From the sequence record KJ019095.1: a stretch of 64,000 bases of DNA; one strand, 5' to 3'. The position numbers and the translations under genes were made by a program. Positions 59,047-64,000 of this stretch are shown here, in pieces. The notes under the pieces are model-generated. The model was not told the DNA's origin and ran no database searches. It worked only from the letters and a program-made list of their open reading frames with translations. The first letter of the stretch is position 1, and each line of letters begins with the position of its first letter.

Positions 59047-59795
59047 AACCAGTCAAGGCAGATACACTCCTCAAACTAGATCCTCACCAGAAGGTTGAGA
59101 TGATCCGTTGTACTCCCAACCCACAGCAACTTGTGTTTATGGGTGGTAAGAATGACTATAGTGAGTTACCTATTGAAGACACAGACATTCCTCAAGAGAA
59201 GGAGTGTGGTGAGTGGGTTATTGAGCAACTCTTAGCGAACGAGAGAGGACACTGGGGACCCCTAGAACACCCCTCTATCACCTTCTCCTGTAGTGGGTTC
59301 GTTCATAATGTTATCGTTCAGGCAAGAACCCATAGAGTAGGTATTAGTTTTGATGTACAATCACAACGATATACCTGCAAGAGAATCATAAAAGTAGCAG
59401 AGGGGAAACTATCACCCCAGTCAGTATTCTATGTGAGACCTCCTGGTTTCTATACTAATAGGAAGGGGAAGAAGTACGAATGGATAGACGCAGACTATCA
59501 AACTCAGTTAGGTCTCTGTCAGGCTGCAGCTGAACGATTTGCTCGTCAGTTTGAGAATGGTGTATCTGAAGAACACGCTCGTGATTATCTACCACAGAAT
59601 ATTCGTCAGAACTTTGTAGTCACCTTTAGTCTTCGTTCTCTCCTACACTTCCTAGATCTTCGAGCTAAACTAGATGCTCAGTTGGAAATCCAAGCTCTAT
59701 GTGAGGCTATGATTGAACCTACTAAGACCTGGATTCCTGAAATCTTTGAATACTACTCAGAGAAAAGACTACACAGGGCAAGACTTGCCCCCTAA
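59043..59795 (+). CDS. thyX: Flavin-dependent thymidylate synthase
   Basis: GHWGPLEH, QARTHRVGISFDVQSQRY, ARDYLP, RSLLHFLDLR...AQLEI. Confidence 0.95.
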   Translation: MKPVKADTLLKLDPHQKVEMIRCTPNPQQLVFMGGKNDYSELPIEDTDIPQEKECGEWVIEQLLANERGHWGPLEHPSITFSCSGFVHNVIVQARTHRVGISFDVQSQRYTCKRIIKVAEGKLSPQSVFYVRPPGFYTNRKGKKYEWIDADYQTQLGLCQAAAERFARQFENGVSEEHARDYLPQNIRQNFVVTFSLRSLLHFLDLRAKLDAQLEIQALCEAMIEPTKTWIPEIFEYYSEKRLHRARLAP

Positions 59796-59823
59796 ATATT
59801 TTTATGTCTAATGGAGGACTATT

Positions 59824-60066
59824 TTGGCGAAATTTGATGTGATCAATAAAGACACTGGGGAGACTAAAATCATTGATGTTAGTGTCCATGAAATCACCCA
59901 GTGGTATGAAGATAATAAACCTTGGGTTCGTGACTGGTCACAGGGATGTGCTGGTGGAGGTGAGATTGGTGACTGGAGAGACACTCTAAGAAAGAAAGCA
60001 CCAGGTTGGAATGATGTATTGGGTGTAGCCGCCTCACAGAGAGGCTCCCGAGTCAAGAAGCTCTGA
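59824..60066 (+). CDS. Hypothetical T4-like protein
   Basis: GGAGG RBS, TTG start; GEIGDWRDTL...PGWNDVL. Confidence 0.7.
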   Translation: MAKFDVINKDTGETKIIDVSVHEITQWYEDNKPWVRDWSQGCAGGGEIGDWRDTLRKKAPGWNDVLGVAASQRGSRVKKL

Positions 60067-60091
60067 TTTTTAGTATTATTGTATAGTTATT

Positions 60092-60859
60092 ATGGCCGCT
60101 AGAAAGAAAAGAACATCTGCGAACTCCAACATTGGGGTAGGACTTACTACCAAGCAGATGAAGAGGAAGAAACCAATCAATAGTGACTTCCTCACCCGGA
60201 TTGAACCCATGACGGATAATCAGAAGTTGTTATTCGATGAGTATGACAAGGGACAACACATTGTTGCCTATGGTTCTGCTGGTACTGGTAAGACCTTTGT
60301 AACCCTCTACAAGGCGTTGAAAGAGGTTTTGGATGAGAGATCCCCGTATGAGAAAGTATATCTCGTCAGGTCTCTTGTAGCAACCAGAGAGATTGGTTTC
60401 CTTCCTGGTGACCATGATGATAAGGTAGCTATCTATCAGATTCCATATAAGAATATGGTGAAGTATATGTTTGCAATGCAGACAGACTCTGACTTTGAAA
60501 TGTTATATGGAAACCTAAAGTCACAAGAGACTCTAAGTTTCTGGAGTACCTCATTCCTTCGTGGTACTACACTAGACAAGGCAGTTATCATCGTAGATGA
60601 GTTCCAGAACCTCAACGCACACGAACTTGATTCCATCATGACTCGTGTTGGTGAGGATACTAAGATTCATTTCTGTGGTGATGCAACTCAGTCTGACCTT
60701 ACCAAGGCGTCAGAAAGGACAGGTATCATGGACTTCATGGCTATTCTAGAAAGAATGCCCTCTATCAGTAAGATTGAGTTTGGTCTAGATGATATTGTTA
60801 GATCTGGTTTGGTTAAAGAATACCTAACTGCTAAGGCAGAGTCTGGTATTGAGATCTGA
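60092..60859 (+). CDS. phoH: PhoH family ATPase
   Basis: GSAGTGKT Walker A, REIGFLPG, FLRGTTL, IIVDEFQN, CGDATQSDL, DIVRSGLV. Confidence 0.96.
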   Translation: MAARKKRTSANSNIGVGLTTKQMKRKKPINSDFLTRIEPMTDNQKLLFDEYDKGQHIVAYGSAGTGKTFVTLYKALKEVLDERSPYEKVYLVRSLVATREIGFLPGDHDDKVAIYQIPYKNMVKYMFAMQTDSDFEMLYGNLKSQETLSFWSTSFLRGTTLDKAVIIVDEFQNLNAHELDSIMTRVGEDTKIHFCGDATQSDLTKASERTGIMDFMAILERMPSISKIEFGLDDIVRSGLVKEYLTAKAESGIEI

Positions 60860-60889
60860 TGTGGTATAATAGTATTGTCTTTACTATAG

Positions 60890-61570
60890 ATGATGCCATT
60901 TATTCACAGCCCTATTGATCTACCAAACCTTGAGAGGTACCCTATCAACGGGGTTAGGTACTATAAAGTACCAGATGGAGATACACTACACACTCTAGTG
61001 TCAGTAACCTCTGTAACTTCACACTGGAAGGCAGACTTCTTCCGTAAGTGGAGAGCAAAGGTTGGTGAAGAGGAAGCTAATCGTATAACAAATAGAGCAA
61101 CAACTAGGGGTACAGACATGCACCTACTAACTGAACACTATTTGAGGAACGAGACTCTACCAAAGGCAAAGGTTCCTATTGCCGATCTCCTATTCAAAAT
61201 AGCCAAACCAGAGTTAGATAGGATCAATAACATCATTGTTCAAGAACAGGCAATGTATAGTTTGAAACTTGGTATCGCTGGTACTCCTGATTGTATTGCT
61301 GACTACAATGGGGAGTTATCCATCATTGACTTTAAGACATCAGCCAGACCCAAACCCAGAGCGTGGATTGAAGGTTACTTTGTTCAGGCATCAGCATACG
61401 CTTGTATGTTGTATGAACTCACAGGACTAAAGGCTAAGAACCTAGTTATTATTATGGCGTGTGAAGATGGTGAGTGTGTGGTATATGAAGAGCGTGATAT
61501 AATGAAGTACGCAAGACTACTTCACCAATACATTACCAAATTTGTAAACGACAAACTAGAGGAACTATGA
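60890..61570 (+). CDS. PD-(D/E)XK exonuclease (Cas4-like phage exonuclease)
   Basis: SVTSV, WRAKVG, RGTDMH, AGTPDCIA...IIDFKTS, YFVQASAYA. Confidence 0.9.
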   Translation: MMPFIHSPIDLPNLERYPINGVRYYKVPDGDTLHTLVSVTSVTSHWKADFFRKWRAKVGEEEANRITNRATTRGTDMHLLTEHYLRNETLPKAKVPIADLLFKIAKPELDRINNIIVQEQAMYSLKLGIAGTPDCIADYNGELSIIDFKTSARPKPRAWIEGYFVQASAYACMLYELTGLKAKNLVIIMACEDGECVVYEERDIMKYARLLHQYITKFVNDKLEEL

Positions 61571-61830
61571 GCAAAGAAGAGTTTAATAAAGTATTGGAGG
61601 AGAAGTTTATCACCCCCATTCATTTCTCCTATGAGGTGGAGAAGATTGTATTGAAGGAAAAGGTTAACTATATTGATGGTATCCTCCTCTATTGTGAGAG
61701 GGAAAGTATTGAGGTAGAAGCTATTCCCAAACTGATGACTAAACCCCTCAAGGAGAAGCTGAAAATTGATGCCAATCGCTTGAACTTTATGAAGTCCAGA
61801 AACTTCTCTATGGCAAAGTTACCACTCTGA
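61567..61830 (+). CDS. gp33: Late promoter transcription coactivator gp33
   Basis: IEKIV...NYIDGILLYCE...IEVE...KLMTKPLKEKLKIDA; T4-like synteny. Confidence 0.85.
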   Translation: MSKEEFNKVLEEKFITPIHFSYEVEKIVLKEKVNYIDGILLYCERESIEVEAIPKLMTKPLKEKLKIDANRLNFMKSRNFSMAKLPL

Positions 61831-61870
61831 TCTTTATTATTATATGATGTACATTCGAGGAACAGGTACA

Positions 61871-62458
61871 GTGAAACCATTTGAAGTTTATACAACATAC
61901 CTGGCTCTGAAACGCCATTTTAGTAGTTCCTACGATTATTTTAAGTATAGGGGAAAAACAAGGTGTTCTGAATCTTCCTTCTACTCCCGCAAAGACCGAT
62001 ACTTCTTCGAGCGCATGAGTAGGAAGCTTAGCGACGAAGAAGTAAAACTCTACTTCCTCTCTTGTTTCTTAGCAACTGATAACCCCTCTTCTATTTGGGT
62101 TGGTGAGATCATGAGAACCGGGGAGGATAACTTTAGAGAACTAGTCAAGAGGCATCAAAGTATGTCTTACATATTCACACAGGAGTGTGAGTCAATTTTT
62201 TCGGAACATAAGCTCCCAGAGGCATTCGACGCCACAATGGGTCACCCCCCAATTTTGAAGGGATATCTACGGGGAGAGGTGAGTATTGAGACTTTAGTGA
62301 TACTCGAAATGATCTTTGGGTTCTCCAAGAACTTAGATCGTAAACTAAAAGATCCTGTATGGGACATAGTGTGTATGAAAATGAAGAAATACCGCCCGTT
62401 CCTGAATATAGAGTTAGATAAGTATAAGAAGATACTAAGAAACATAGTGTATGTCTGA
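61871..62458 (+). CDS. gp59: Helicase loader gp59
   Basis: FEVYTTYLALKRHF..SYDYFKYRGK, RKDRYFF, ISIETL-type motif; follows gp33. GTG start at 61871 preferred. Confidence 0.88.
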   Translation: MKPFEVYTTYLALKRHFSSSYDYFKYRGKTRCSESSFYSRKDRYFFERMSRKLSDEEVKLYFLSCFLATDNPSSIWVGEIMRTGEDNFRELVKRHQSMSYIFTQECESIFSEHKLPEAFDATMGHPPILKGYLRGEVSIETLVILEMIFGFSKNLDRKLKDPVWDIVCMKMKKYRPFLNIELDKYKKILRNIVYV

Positions 62459-62520
62459 GAACAACAGAGCTATACTAAGTGATATAGATATGTTATAATA
62501 GAAATAACTACACTCTTACT

Positions 62521-63018
62521 ATGTGGTATGTGTATCTATATCTAAGAGAAGATAGAACCCCTTACTATGTGGGTAAGGGGACTAGAAATAGGTGCCATGC
62601 CAAAAATAGAACCTGTGAGGTTCCCCCCGCCGATAGAATTACTATCGTAAAGTATTTCCAAGATGAAGATGATAGTTACGCGTATGAAGAATGGCTGATA
62701 AGATTATACGGAATAAAAAGAACTGGTGGAATATTAGAAAATAAAACAATAGGTAGGAGTGGTAGTAAAACTCTACATAGAACCGAAACCGAGTTCAGAG
62801 AAAGAAGAAAGGAGGTTATGAAGAAATACAACCAAAGTGATAGGGGGAAGGAAACAAGACAAAATAATATGGAAAATATCAGAGCGAGGAAGAAAAGATA
62901 TGCGGAAAATAACAAAGAAAAGGTGAGAGAATACCAGAGAGAGTGGAGAAAGAAAAACAAAGAGAAGTATAACGAATACCAAAAGAATCTAATGAGAAAG
63001 AGGAAAGGTGTGGTATAA
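62521..63018 (+). CDS. Free-standing GIY-YIG homing endonuclease
   Basis: WYVYLYLREDRTPYYVGKG...R...AYAYEEWLI...G.LEN; basic C-terminal tail; own TGTTATAAT promoter. Confidence 0.85.
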   Translation: MWYVYLYLREDRTPYYVGKGTRNRCHAKNRTCEVPPADRITIVKYFQDEDDSYAYEEWLIRLYGIKRTGGILENKTIGRSGSKTLHRTETEFRERRKEVMKKYNQSDRGKETRQNNMENIRARKKRYAENNKEKVREYQREWRKKNKEKYNEYQKNLMRKRKGVV

Positions 63019-63049
63019 TATATAAATACCAGGTAAAGCAATATAGTGT

Positions 63050-63418
63050 ATGTCTGAGTTTTTCGATTCCGAACAAGTACAGAAAGCTCTAAGCGAAATA
63101 GCTTTCCTACAGAATAAGGTGATGGCATTCACAGTTGTTGCTGCCTTCGCTGATGAAGAAGAACAGAGAGAGAATATCATGACACTCAGATTACTTCTGA
63201 GCAAACAGGAAAACATGTATAACAGATGTGCTCTGAGCGATAGTGAAGAAGCTAAAGAGTTAATGATAGAAGTGATGAAACACTTCTCTGAGCATGATAT
63301 TCCTACAAATCAACCAATGGGTGAAGTATTCAAAGCAATCCGTGAAAGGGTTGATGATATTGAAAACGATCTCAACCGGTTCATAGAAGAAGGGGAAACA
63401 GATCCCTGGTTCTTCTGA
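63050..63418 (+). CDS. Cyanophage conserved protein (DUF1825-like)
   Basis: MSEFFDSEQVQKAL...KQENMYNRCALSDSEEA; sits at the usual position upstream of gp32. Confidence 0.7.
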   Translation: MSEFFDSEQVQKALSEIAFLQNKVMAFTVVAAFADEEEQRENIMTLRLLLSKQENMYNRCALSDSEEAKELMIEVMKHFSEHDIPTNQPMGEVFKAIRERVDDIENDLNRFIEEGETDPWFF

Positions 63419-63436
63419 GGTGTGTTATAATATAGT

Positions 63437-63919
63437 ATGAAATACCTTGACATGTATTCCGTCTATCCTGATGGTAGAGTCCTGAGGGAAGACGGGAAGG
63501 AGATGAAACACTATACTAATCAGTATGGTTATAAGTTTGCCTCCCTAAAATGTGAGGACGGAAAGTTCCGTACCTTCTATATTCACAGAATGGTGGGTGA
63601 TGAGTGGTTGACAAACCCCTCTAACCTGCCTATAATAATGCATATCGATGATGACCCTTCTAATAACCACTGGACTAATCTTCAATGGGGCACACAGAAG
63701 GACAACATCCGTGATATGATGAAGAAGGGTAGGAGAGGGAAACCTGTGGTGGTAAAACACTATAAACTTCTATCCCCAGATGGGAAAGTGTATGAAGTCA
63801 CTAACATGAAAGAGTTCTGTAAGGGTAAAAATCTTAGCTCTAGCAGTATGACTGGAATGTATCGTGGCTATCAGGGAAGAACCCAACACAAGGGTTGGAC
63901 CCGATATACTGAAACCTAA
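63437..63919 (+). CDS. Free-standing HNH homing endonuclease
   Basis: YIHRMV...HIDDDPSNNHWTNLQWGTQKDN, with a C-terminal NUMOD-like DNA-binding segment (NMKEFCKGKNLS...QHKGW). Confidence 0.88.
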   Translation: MKYLDMYSVYPDGRVLREDGKEMKHYTNQYGYKFASLKCEDGKFRTFYIHRMVGDEWLTNPSNLPIIMHIDDDPSNNHWTNLQWGTQKDNIRDMMKKGRRGKPVVVKHYKLLSPDGKVYEVTNMKEFCKGKNLSSSSMTGMYRGYQGRTQHKGWTRYTET

Positions 63920-64000
63920 ATATCCAGTGGCTTGGCATCCACAATATTATCGTGTATAATATGAAAGTTCAGCCGTTATCCAACGAATCTAAAACATCCT

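Overview
This is a 64-kb segment of a large T4-like marine cyanophage (cyanomyovirus, probably infecting Synechococcus). Every credible gene is on the + strand. In order it contains: (1) a 10-kb sugar-nucleotide, glycosyltransferase and sulfotransferase island (gmd, fcl-like reductase, ColD-like PLP enzyme, GT11, GT6, GT25, two sulfotransferases); (2) a photosynthesis island (two hli, petF, psbA, psbD) interrupted by a tail-fibre cassette; (3) a 3,346-bp tandem duplication (13918-17263 / 17264-20609) that contains Ns and is most likely an uncollapsed assembly overlap; (4) a type IV pilin operon, talC and small hypothetical ORFs; (5) a 24-kb block of giant late virion proteins (3967, 1868 and 2069 aa) followed by small collar-domain fibres and a DUF285/BspA-repeat protein; (6) a second small glycosylation cluster; (7) a glutamine-riboswitch-like leader with a DUF4278-like ORF; and (8) T4 core genes (thyX, phoH, exonuclease, gp33, gp59) with two free-standing homing endonucleases. 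The most striking observation is that the 31 repeat domains of the 3967-aa protein are recursively nested. Their N-halves and C-halves pair like balanced parentheses up to 8 levels deep, which predicts a branched, tree-like virion appendage. All family assignments come from motifs recognised by eye; no database searches were run.
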